Assembly: GCA_017502125.1 (NCBI GenBank)
Contig: JAFVVN010000039.1
Coordinates: forward strand, 11,505 to 75,504
From: Bacteroidales bacterium
GTDB lineage: Bacteria; Bacteroidota; Bacteroidia; Bacteroidales; UBA932
Length of the DNA stretch: 64,000 nucleotides
Direction: 5' to 3'
In this document: positions 10,401-18,957 of the stretch, in pieces
Layout: every line of letters starts with the position of its first letter
Position numbering within the stretch: the stretch's first letter is position 1
Position numbers and translations under genes: made by a program
The notes under the pieces: generated by a model
What the model saw: only the letters and a program-made list of their open reading frames with translations
The model's database searches: none
What the model was told of the DNA's origin: nothing

Positions 10401-10453
10401 CCTCCCATGAGAAATATCACCAGGGCAGCAAAAATGTATATCTGTCTGTTCAT
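7409..10453 (-). CDS. susC: SusC/RagA TonB-dependent transporter
   Basis: N-terminal extension, [54 protein letters not shown], C-terminal Phe. Confidence 0.96.
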   Translation of the reverse strand: [1014 protein letters not shown]

Positions 10454-10457
10454 ATCA

Positions 10458-10500
10458 AAAGTTGCGTTAATTTGTAATTATTCCAAACTAACGCAACTTT
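10458..10500 (-). promoter_or_regulatory. Stem-loop immediately upstream of the susC start codon
   Basis: Perfect 12-bp inverted repeat AAAGTTGCGTTA (10458-10469) / TAACGCAACTTT (10489-10500), extendable by 4 bp after one mismatch. Confidence 0.6.
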
Positions 10501-10551
10501 AGACAATCCTCAGACCAAACCGGCCTATATCAGGAAGGTGTTTAAAATTTT

Positions 10552-13275
10552 CTATCTTTTATACCATGAACCTGTGCTGTGTCCATAATCACCACCGCTC
10601 CAACTCTCAATCTTGTAACAGTTCACATCACTCGGAATCACAAGGTCATATGTCTGGTTCCACCTGCTGTCCCAACTATGTTCCGGCTTGCCCGGGTCCA
10701 TCCTGACGAAGACGACGTTAGGATAACCCTCAGGTATAGTACATTCGTAGATGCCGTCACCGTCGGAATCAGTCATTGTCATCCAGGTATCTCCGTTGTC
10801 TCCGAAGAAATATGCCTCAAGACGAGCGTTATCAGAAGTCCACTGCCATGGGTCCAGGTACAGGACGGCTGGTTCCGGCTCAGGAGTCGGATCAGGAGTT
10901 GGTTCTGGTTCCGGATCTGGGGTTGGGTCTGGCTCTGGGGTTGGATCAGGCTCTGGTTCCGGGTCCGGAGTTGGTTCAGGTTCTGGTTCCGGATCAGGAG
11001 TCGGGTCAGGTTCTGGCTCTGGATCGGGAGTTGGGTCTGGCTCAGGGGTTGGGTCAGGCTCGGGCTCTGGTTCCGGATCGGGAGTTGGTTCAGGTTCAGG
11101 AGTTGGATCTGGAGTCGGGTCTGGCTCAGGGTCTGGAGTTGGGTCCGGTTCCGGGTCTGGAGTTGGTTCCGGATCTGGAGTCGGCTCTGGCTCAGGGTCA
11201 GGAGTTGGTTCTGGCTCAGGGTCTGGAGTTGGTTCTGGATCCGGTTCTGGATCAGGAGTCGGGTCCGGAGTCGGATCAGGAGTTGGATCAGGTTCCGGGT
11301 CGGGGGTTGGCTCTGGTTCTGGTTCAGGATCCGGAGTTGGGTCAGGAGTTGGTTCAGGTTCAGGCTCAGCCTCCCCGGCAGGGTATTTGGTCCAGTAACC
11401 CTCATTATCCCAGGTGTCAGCAGCGACAACGTAGCACACATTGTCATCTGTCGGCACAGAAAGGTCAGCAGACTGGTTCCACTTGTTTTCCCAATTATTG
11501 TCAGACGAAGCCGGATTCATTCTCGTAAAGATCACATTGGTGTAACCTGCCGGAACTTCGCATTTATAAAGACCATCCTGAACATCAGCAGAAAGGCTCA
11601 CCCACATGTCAGACTTGCCGTCCTGCCAGAAGTAAGCTGCAAAGCGTGCCCCGTCCACAAGCCAGTTAGAGTTCGGCTGCAGATATATAGCAATACCTGA
11701 AGTCTCGGGGCCTTCCGGCTCCTCTGCACCAGGATCCTCTTCACCGGTTTCGTCCCTTGACGGCATATCAGCTCCTGCAGCGACAACACAGAATGAGGTC
11801 ATATCCTTTGTAAGATATGCATCGTACAGCGCTGAAGCATCACCATTGATGCAGATATTCACTGACCCTTCTGCCTTTGTGCCATACCACTTGTTAAGAT
11901 CGACCGAAGGCACGGCGGCACCATACCACACGGTATTGTCTGCGCTCTTTACATCCACAAACTTGAATCCGTTGGAAGACGGGTCGGCAAGATTCTCCGC
12001 AGCCAGAGACAGGCTCTTGACCACATAGTAGTCACCCTCTTCAGCCATTGGATTTGCAGTGGTATTCCATGTGTTGAAATTACCGGCCACCGACTTTCCT
12101 GAGAATGGAGTCTGGACTGTCATGGCTTCAGGCGCAGATCCACCGGCAGTTGTAATATAGAATCCTCTGAGATCCTTGTCCAGATACACATCATATGCTG
12201 CGGCAGAACCTGTGAAGGCGATATTGTTGTCCGCACCGTCCTTGGAAGCTGCCACCCACTCGTCTGCAACCACTGCCTCACCGGCTGTTCCCACCCACAC
12301 ATCTCCGTTTCTGAACTTAAATGATGCAAGACTTGCCACAGGCACATCAAAGGCCTTGTAATACAGACCCATATCATATGTCGGAAGAGTACCTTCCTCA
12401 CTCCAGCCGCAGAACTCACCAATAATCACCCAGCCACTTGGCACTCCATCATCCTGGTCATCATCACCGGTGTCCGGCATCTGTGACTCACCCGGATTCA
12501 GAGAGAGCTCTCCGAGATTCACCAGGCCGCTGCGCGACAGCATGACCGGTGCATCGACTGACATGGACTTGATGGATCCGTTGAGAATGGCGATGAATCC
12601 CTTCTCAAGATTTGCAGGAAGCGTCACTATATAATATGTAGACCCCTTCTTGAAATCACCTTTCAAGGTGACCTCATCCACACCTTCCCTGACATTGATG
12701 CCTGGAGTTGCGGCATATGTGGCCTCGAAAGTTCCGCACAGGTTCTCCTCGTTGTTCGAACGAAGGGTGACAGAGGTCACGCCATCCGAAACAACTGTGA
12801 ACTTGACAAGCGATCCGAGGTTCTTGAACGAAAGATTATGATCGTCAGACTGGGCTATGGCCACAAGAGCCATCGGATCATATGTGTTCTCAGCACAGGT
12901 CTGCTCCTGAGGGATGGAAAGGCCGTAGAATGTAGATCCCAATGACGAATAGGTGTAGTCAGGAGAATAAGGACACACAGCACGGAAATTCTTGGTTCCC
13001 TTGCCGGCAAGCTTTCCCTTGAACGTGGCGGTGGCACTCGGCTCCGTAAGATCGGCCACAAACTCATTGTTCACACCATTGAAGACCGCAATCTTCTCAG
13101 ACGGTGTCCAATAAGGAGTGAGACCATTGAGGACAGTCTTTGTCGGAGTCTCATATGAGGCCTCGAATGTAACAAGACCATCACCATCCACTCCGGAAAT
13201 TTCCTCCTTGGTGCAGGAAATGAGTCCCACGCACAATGCACAAAGAAGTGAAATATATTTTCTCATGTCTTTCAT
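10552..13275 (-). CDS. Multidomain surface lipoprotein: fimbrillin-like N-terminus, SusE/F-like modules, two CBM26-like starch-binding domains split by a Pro-rich tether
   Basis: GLISC lipobox; TKTVL..YW..IAVF and [10 protein letters not shown] fimbrillin-like motifs; [19 protein letters not shown] modules; duplicated domain [38 protein letters not shown] vs [38 protein letters not shown]. Confidence 0.75.
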   Translation of the reverse strand: MKDMRKYISLLCALCVGLISCTKEEISGVDGDGLVTFEASYETPTKTVLNGLTPYWTPSEKIAVFNGVNNEFVADLTEPSATATFKGKLAGKGTKNFRAVCPYSPDYTYSSLGSTFYGLSIPQEQTCAENTYDPMALVAIAQSDDHNLSFKNLGSLVKFTVVSDGVTSVTLRSNNEENLCGTFEATYAATPGINVREGVDEVTLKGDFKKGSTYYIVTLPANLEKGFIAILNGSIKSMSVDAPVMLSRSGLVNLGELSLNPGESQMPDTGDDDQDDGVPSGWVIIGEFCGWSEEGTLPTYDMGLYYKAFDVPVASLASFKFRNGDVWVGTAGEAVVADEWVAASKDGADNNIAFTGSAAAYDVYLDKDLRGFYITTAGGSAPEAMTVQTPFSGKSVAGNFNTWNTTANPMAEEGDYYVVKSLSLAAENLADPSSNGFKFVDVKSADNTVWYGAAVPSVDLNKWYGTKAEGSVNICINGDASALYDAYLTKDMTSFCVVAAGADMPSRDETGEEDPGAEEPEGPETSGIAIYLQPNSNWLVDGARFAAYFWQDGKSDMWVSLSADVQDGLYKCEVPAGYTNVIFTRMNPASSDNNWENKWNQSADLSVPTDDNVCYVVAADTWDNEGYWTKYPAGEAEPEPEPTPDPTPDPEPEPEPTPDPEPDPTPDPTPDPTPDPEPDPEPTPDPEPEPTPDPEPEPTPDPEPTPDPEPDPTPDPEPDPTPDPTPEPEPTPDPEPEPEPDPTPEPDPTPDPEPEPDPTPDPEPEPEPTPDPEPEPDPTPEPDPTPDPEPEPTPDPTPEPEPAVLYLDPWQWTSDNARLEAYFFGDNGDTWMTMTDSDGDGIYECTIPEGYPNVVFVRMDPGKPEHSWDSRWNQTYDLVIPSDVNCYKIESWSGGDYGHSTGSWYKR
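10870..11367 (-). repeat. Coding hexanucleotide-period repeat encoding 83 consecutive (E/T/D)-P dipeptides
   Basis: Residues 637-802 of the 907-aa ORF alternate strictly X-P; synonymous codons are varied. Confidence 0.95.
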
Positions 13276-13279
13276 AATC

Positions 13280-15685
13280 TTATCTAACTACAGATGAATT
13301 TACAAGTACCAATGCCTGACCCGACTTAAGCGTATAGCTGCCGCCCTGGACTGTCTGACCTGAAAGAACATCCGTCCATGTTCCTGACGGTATATTGACA
13401 TTCTGGCTCGATGAGTTCTTTCCATGATAGTTTGCATATGCCCAGACCTTCTTGGAGCCATTGGAAAGTGCCACTTTCTTGAGTGGCCAGCCTCCCAGGT
13501 CAGAGCCATTGAGGTCGACTCCCTTGCCGAAAAGGTCAGGGTTGCCATTTCTCAGGGCGTTCAGCTTGCAGTACACATCATACAAGGCCTTTCTGTCTGC
13601 ATCTTCATAGTAATCCCACTTGACAGGTTTTCTGTCAGTCTCATACTTTCCTTCTGCGGTTCCGTCTTCGCCCTGTTCGTTACACCACTTGTTGTAGTTG
13701 TAACCAAGCTCACCCATCTGCCAGATCATCTTAGGACCTGGTATCGTGAGGAAGCAGACAGCATTGTTTGCAAGGTTCTGCATTCTTGCCTTATGGTTAT
13801 CCTTGATGGAAGAATCCCCATATTTCTCCTGCTTGTAGGCCATTCGTTCCTCATCATGGCTCTCCATGAAGGTAACCCAGCCTGTCGCACCCCAGGTATT
13901 GTCAAGATACTTATGAGTTCCGCTGAGGTCGGCATTATATCCCATGGCTGTCTCACAATACTCGTGATTCATCTTCTTCCATGGATGCATTCCATCCCTT
14001 ACGTACTGAGACTCCTCCGAGTCATTGCCCCAGTGCTCGAGAATGATGTAGCTGTCAGGGTCTGCCTGCCTGATGGCCTTTGCGTAATCCTTGATAAGAC
14101 TTATACGATTGTTGTCGGTGTTGTCCCATCCTGAAGAAGACCAGGTGAATCCCTTTGACAGGTCAAAACGGAAGCCGTCCACATTGTACTCTTCGATGAG
14201 GTAAACAAGACTTCTCTTGACAACCTGCTGCACGAAGGCATTGCTGTGATTGATGTCATGGAACACATTGAACGGATGCATTGCATCGACAAAGAAATAC
14301 GGATTGTTTGACGCAGTCTGGTTGCTGGTCGAGTTCCAGTACAGCTTGGCAAGCGGCGAAGCTCCGGTACTGTGGTTATACACAACATCCACGATCACCG
14401 CTATGCCCCTCTTGTGACACTCGTCGATGAACTGCTTGTACTGCTCGCGTGTGCCGTATGCCTTGTCAAGGGCAAAGTAGTGATTAGGATTATATCCCCA
14501 GCTGGTATTGCCGTCAAACTCCTGGATAGGCATCAGCTCGACAGCATTGACTCCAAGGGTCTGAAGATAGTCAAGCTTTGCCATCGCACCGGCGACATCA
14601 TGGGTTGCGGTGTAATCTCCGAAAAGCATCTCATAGATTACAGGACAGTCCTTGTTCTTCATCTCAAACGGAGTCCATGCGTAGGTGTCCCTGTTGATCT
14701 TCACGCAAGCGACAGTTCCGGAAGCACCCTCCTCTGACGGATAGACCATCTGATCCGCAGGGTATATCTCATTATGATAGTTGATCCAAGGATCATTGTC
14801 CGGATCAAGAACCTTCTCTGCAAAAGGATCTGACATGCGGATCACCTTGTCCGGTTCTCCGTCAATGCCGGAATATTCACCCAGATGATACTGGAAACGG
14901 TATTCCTTGTCAGGATCGAGACCGGTTACCGTAAGCCACCAGCATCCGTTTGCATCGTCACGATACATCCGGCTGCTGTCATCATTGGAAAGAGTCCAGT
15001 CGTTGAAGTCTCCCATGACATATGCATAGTCCTTGTGACCGCCCTTTGTGTCCAGGTCATGAAGGACAAAAGTAATCTCGCTGCCGGAAGCATTGATGCC
15101 GTAAGTGCATCCTCCGGGAACCGCCTGAGTCAGATATGGCTCCGGCTGGAATGGCTTGTACTTGTCGTCTGTAACTGAAATGAATCTGTCTTCCTGAATA
15201 CCTTTCAGCTGAGAATCCTGGCTACGGATGACTATACCGATCTGCGTCACGGCCGTCGTACCGCTGTTGAAATATTCACGCACGGTAGGGCCTATCTCAA
15301 GATGCCATGTGTCGGCAGCCGAAGGGTCCTTCTTGAACTTACATTTATCTATATTCTCTTCCCATCCGGCCTGCACGAACTTCCATGTGCCATACTCAAG
15401 TATGCCTATGTGGGCATATACATCACCTGTATAGCCCTTGAGAGGAGAAGTTTTTCCAGCTCTGAACGAAATGGTAAGAGGCTGGTCTGCATTCGGTTGA
15501 GCCGGTTCAGACCACAGACGTGTAGCTGTGCCATCCAAAAGAGGGTTCTCCACAAAGCTTTCGTTTTCAGAAGCGTTGTAGTCTCCTGCACCATCCGGCT
15601 GAGACGGCTCAGGCCTCTCACATGAAATGCAGGTCATGGCTGCCACAGCCGCAATAGACAAGAAATGAAAAAACTTACGTGTCAT
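13280..15685 (-). CDS. Surface GH13 alpha-amylase lipoprotein with N-terminal carbohydrate-binding modules (BoGH13A-Sus/GH13_47-like)
   Basis: CISC lipobox; N-domain [10 protein letters not shown]; CBM48-like VMGDFNDW; [35 protein letters not shown]. Confidence 0.85.
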   Translation of the reverse strand: MTRKFFHFLSIAAVAAMTCISCERPEPSQPDGAGDYNASENESFVENPLLDGTATRLWSEPAQPNADQPLTISFRAGKTSPLKGYTGDVYAHIGILEYGTWKFVQAGWEENIDKCKFKKDPSAADTWHLEIGPTVREYFNSGTTAVTQIGIVIRSQDSQLKGIQEDRFISVTDDKYKPFQPEPYLTQAVPGGCTYGINASGSEITFVLHDLDTKGGHKDYAYVMGDFNDWTLSNDDSSRMYRDDANGCWWLTVTGLDPDKEYRFQYHLGEYSGIDGEPDKVIRMSDPFAEKVLDPDNDPWINYHNEIYPADQMVYPSEEGASGTVACVKINRDTYAWTPFEMKNKDCPVIYEMLFGDYTATHDVAGAMAKLDYLQTLGVNAVELMPIQEFDGNTSWGYNPNHYFALDKAYGTREQYKQFIDECHKRGIAVIVDVVYNHSTGASPLAKLYWNSTSNQTASNNPYFFVDAMHPFNVFHDINHSNAFVQQVVKRSLVYLIEEYNVDGFRFDLSKGFTWSSSGWDNTDNNRISLIKDYAKAIRQADPDSYIILEHWGNDSEESQYVRDGMHPWKKMNHEYCETAMGYNADLSGTHKYLDNTWGATGWVTFMESHDEERMAYKQEKYGDSSIKDNHKARMQNLANNAVCFLTIPGPKMIWQMGELGYNYNKWCNEQGEDGTAEGKYETDRKPVKWDYYEDADRKALYDVYCKLNALRNGNPDLFGKGVDLNGSDLGGWPLKKVALSNGSKKVWAYANYHGKNSSSQNVNIPSGTWTDVLSGQTVQGGSYTLKSGQALVLVNSSVVR

Positions 15686-15711
15686 AAAATTTCTATTGAA
15701 CTTGAATTGGC

Positions 15712-15741
15712 AGCCGGATGTCCGGTCAGGGGCATCCGGCT
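15712..15741. other. Intergenic GC-rich hairpin after the susE/F-like gene
   Basis: AGCCGGATGTCC-GGTCAG-GGGCATCCGGCT, 12-bp stem with one imperfect position. Confidence 0.55.
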
Positions 15742-15784
15742 TGAAAAGGACAGGTCCGGGACCTGCCTCACTTATCAGTCCTGA

Positions 15785-17032
15785 TTACTCAGCAGCAACG
15801 ATAGTGATAGTCTTGGTATCAGCAGCGGCATCAATTGCGAGGGTAACGTTGTATTTACCTGCAGCAGCGAGAATGATGTCACCTGAAGTTGATGTTCCTT
15901 CAACAGAGTTTGCTGTATCAATCTTATCAGCACCGAGGTCGAAGCTTGCCACTCCTCCAGTCTCTGCTGCATTGAGAGTACGGATCTTCCAGCCATCAGT
16001 TGTGAGCTGTACATTACTCCATGTCCAAGTGTAAACATCACCGTTCTTAGCTGGCTTACCATCGTTAGATGCGAGGAGAACCTGTCCCCAGCTCCAAGCA
16101 GTGTCAGCAGATGAACCGGTCTGCTCAGCAACACCTGCACCTACCAGCTCCATCTGGCAATTAGAGTAGTCAACAGCCTCAAGAGTACCAGTCTTCTCGA
16201 TAGTAGCAGTGTAACCGTTCTTGATTGCACCACCCTTGAGAGTCCATGTGAGAGTGATCTTGTAGATACCACGAGCGATGTTGATATCCTTTCCGTTAGG
16301 AACAAGAGCGTTGTCTCCGAGTTCACCAGCAGCCTCAGCATCAATACCAAGGTTAGTGTTAGCCTTTACCTTTCCTGCATCATCGAGGTCGAGTTTCCAA
16401 CCTGCACCATAAGCGAACTTGAATGCGCCGGTAGAAGCAACTGAACAGTTCTCAAGAACGTAAGTCATGGTAGTCTGGTTGAATTTTGGAGTTGGCATTG
16501 CAGTAAAGCCCCAACCGTTCATTGCACCACGAACACCCCACTGTACTGGAGCGAGTACGATCTGTGCACCGAAAGCAAGGTCATTAGCCTCGTTGAGGTC
16601 AAGAACGATGTGATAGAGACCGCTCTCAGTAACCTTCATTGCAGGAGCATCAGCACCTGTAACGAGGACACCACGCTTTACCTCTACATCTCTTGGGTTA
16701 TCAGCCTTCTCTGAAACGTCGAAAGCCTCGAGAGCTGCACCATAACGGATCTGCTCACCGTTAGCATAGAGTACGAGCTCGAAATCCTTGTTTGCCTCGA
16801 GAGCGATGTACTTCTCGTACATACCGCTACGGTTAGCACCGTCAACCTCGTTGAGACCAGCCGCCATCATATAGTCAGCTGTGAGTTCAGTAGCACCTGT
16901 AGCAGGACCGGCTACATAGAATCCGTCCTCTGTAACATTGTCAAGGTTGCCACCATTGTCTGGTTTCTCTTCACATGATGTGAAGGCGAATGCGAGTGCA
17001 AGAGCACTCATGAACATTGCGATTTTCTTCAT
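15785..17032 (-). CDS. SusE/SusF-like outer-membrane glycan-binding lipoprotein
   Basis: AFTSC lipobox; directly downstream of susD; WGVRGAMNGWG, FKFAYGAGWK, GIYKITL, GKYNVTL modules. Confidence 0.8.
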   Translation of the reverse strand: MKKIAMFMSALALAFAFTSCEEKPDNGGNLDNVTEDGFYVAGPATGATELTADYMMAAGLNEVDGANRSGMYEKYIALEANKDFELVLYANGEQIRYGAALEAFDVSEKADNPRDVEVKRGVLVTGADAPAMKVTESGLYHIVLDLNEANDLAFGAQIVLAPVQWGVRGAMNGWGFTAMPTPKFNQTTMTYVLENCSVASTGAFKFAYGAGWKLDLDDAGKVKANTNLGIDAEAAGELGDNALVPNGKDINIARGIYKITLTWTLKGGAIKNGYTATIEKTGTLEAVDYSNCQMELVGAGVAEQTGSSADTAWSWGQVLLASNDGKPAKNGDVYTWTWSNVQLTTDGWKIRTLNAAETGGVASFDLGADKIDTANSVEGTSTSGDIILAAAGKYNVTLAIDAAADTKTITIVAAE

Positions 17033-17073
17033 GATAATTAAATTTTTAAAATTTGGTTAATAATGGTGTATTG

Positions 17074-18945
17074 TTAAAGATCTTCATATCCCTCGTTCTG
17101 AGTCCAGAAACGCTGACCTGTGGTTTCATCGATCTTCGCCTTCTCAAGAACTGAGAACGGAATAGGGAACCACTTGCGGTACTCGTCTGTTGCTGTCACA
17201 TACTGAAGGTATTCCGGTTTATTGAACTTGCCGAAACGGATGAGGTCACGACGGCGGACCATCTCCCAAGTGAACTCACGGCCGCGCTCGTCGAGGATAT
17301 CATCCAGTTCAAGAGCTACGACTCCCGGATAAGCTGCGTTGAAGGCAGCCTCAGGATCCTCCTCGTAAGCGAATGCACGCTTGAGCATCTTCTTGAAATC
17401 AGCAGAGTTTGAACTTGAAGAGCCCGAACCGCCACGCTTGAGAGCTTCCTCCTTCATCCAGAGAACGTCAGCATAACGCATGAGTACAAAGTCGTTCTCA
17501 CCCCATGCGACTGTTCCGGCCTGATCAAGTTCATATTTATTAAGTCGTGCACCTGCATTCCAGGAAGCCTCATCAAGAGACTCTACATCCTTGAACACGA
17601 AGCTGAGCTGGTTCTGCTCGTCAAGGAGAACCACACCATCCTTGTCAAAGATAGGTCCTACGAACCATCCCCACTGCTCGGTTCTCTGGGTACCATAGCC
17701 CTGGACTGTAGCAGAGAATTCACGCACCTGCGGCATAAACTCATCCTTGATAGCCTTGGCCATGCCGGCAGCGTCTTTTTCATAAAGTTCCTTCCACTCC
17801 TCAGGAATCTTAGGGAGGTCTTCATTGGTGATTCCCTTAGGAGCCGGACCTGCACCACGCACATCCCTTTCGTTGTATCTGTCGATGAAGGCAGGACGGG
17901 CACAGAAGCCGTTCCATGGCTTTTCGACAAGTCCGAAAGCTGTCTGCATAGAGTAGTGGTGAGTCAGGGAGAGCATACGGAGCTTGTTCATCATGCTGCC
18001 GTTGTAACGGAGGTCGAAACTTGCATTTCCATCCTCCACAAGGACAAAGATGTTCTCCCTGCTGTTCTCGTTCTGAATCTTGAAGTTTGCAAAATAGTTA
18101 TCCTCAATTGAATACGATCCTGAGTTGATGACCTCATCACAACATGCCACGGCGTTGGTGTAGAAATCGTTGACAGAAGTCACAGGCTTGAATGTGGATC
18201 TGTACTGGGTGTTATCCTCAAGCTTGATGTTATCCACATTACAGTCGAAAGACTCTGCGTTGAGATAGAGACGTGCAAGAAGTGAATATGCAAATCCCTG
18301 TGTCACACGACCATAGTTAGACGAACGGTTTCCGTCGTTGACCTGCGGCATGTTTGGCGCATTACGCTCCAGGCAATTCACAAGGTGTGACCATACATCG
18401 TTAGGAGCCATGAGAGGTTCAGTCTTGTCTTCAAACACCTCAAGGTAAGGTATCCTTCCGAAGCAGTCAAACAGGAGATAGTAGTAATATGAGCGGAGAA
18501 CCTCAAGCTCACCTACGTACTGCTTGTAGAGAGCTTCGCCCATGAACTCCTTGTAATCGTCGAGGGTGCTGAGAAGCTTATTGCAAAGAACAGCTCCTGA
18601 GATTGTCGAGTTCCAGATGTTCTTGAAGGCATCACCCATCCAGTTCCACTCATGGTTGTGGAGTCTCTTCCAATAGTATGAGTCCACCCAGTGCTCACCA
18701 GGCATACGGATAGGTGTGATACATTCGTCTGAAGTCAGCGAGGATACGCCCCAATATCCCCAGTGGTCATGCACCCACTTCAGGTCAGCATAAGCCTGGC
18801 CTACAAGAAGGATGACATTTTCCTCGTTAGTCATCATCGACTCGATGGTTGGGTTACCGAAGTTATCTTCCTCAAGCATATCTGCACAAGAGCTGAAGAA
18901 CGGCAACGCAAGGGCAACTGTCAAAATATATAATATCTTCTTCAT
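17074..18945 (-). CDS. susD: RagB/SusD lipoprotein
   Basis: FFSSC lipobox; LRSYYYYLLFDCFGRIP, LLARLYLNA, MRYADVL, ERGREFTWEMVRRRDLIRFG, QNEGY; ATG at 18945. Confidence 0.93.
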   Translation of the reverse strand: MKKILYILTVALALPFFSSCADMLEEDNFGNPTIESMMTNEENVILLVGQAYADLKWVHDHWGYWGVSSLTSDECITPIRMPGEHWVDSYYWKRLHNHEWNWMGDAFKNIWNSTISGAVLCNKLLSTLDDYKEFMGEALYKQYVGELEVLRSYYYYLLFDCFGRIPYLEVFEDKTEPLMAPNDVWSHLVNCLERNAPNMPQVNDGNRSSNYGRVTQGFAYSLLARLYLNAESFDCNVDNIKLEDNTQYRSTFKPVTSVNDFYTNAVACCDEVINSGSYSIEDNYFANFKIQNENSRENIFVLVEDGNASFDLRYNGSMMNKLRMLSLTHHYSMQTAFGLVEKPWNGFCARPAFIDRYNERDVRGAGPAPKGITNEDLPKIPEEWKELYEKDAAGMAKAIKDEFMPQVREFSATVQGYGTQRTEQWGWFVGPIFDKDGVVLLDEQNQLSFVFKDVESLDEASWNAGARLNKYELDQAGTVAWGENDFVLMRYADVLWMKEEALKRGGSGSSSSNSADFKKMLKRAFAYEEDPEAAFNAAYPGVVALELDDILDERGREFTWEMVRRRDLIRFGKFNKPEYLQYVTATDEYRKWFPIPFSVLEKAKIDETTGQRFWTQNEGYEDL

Positions 18946-18957
18946 ATTCAATCAGAT

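Noticed and set aside
10579-11700. Long alternative ORFs ([21 protein letters not shown] and QNQLL types)
   Set aside because: Shadow frames of the X-Pro repeat; the minus-strand frame has a signal peptide and real domains on both sides
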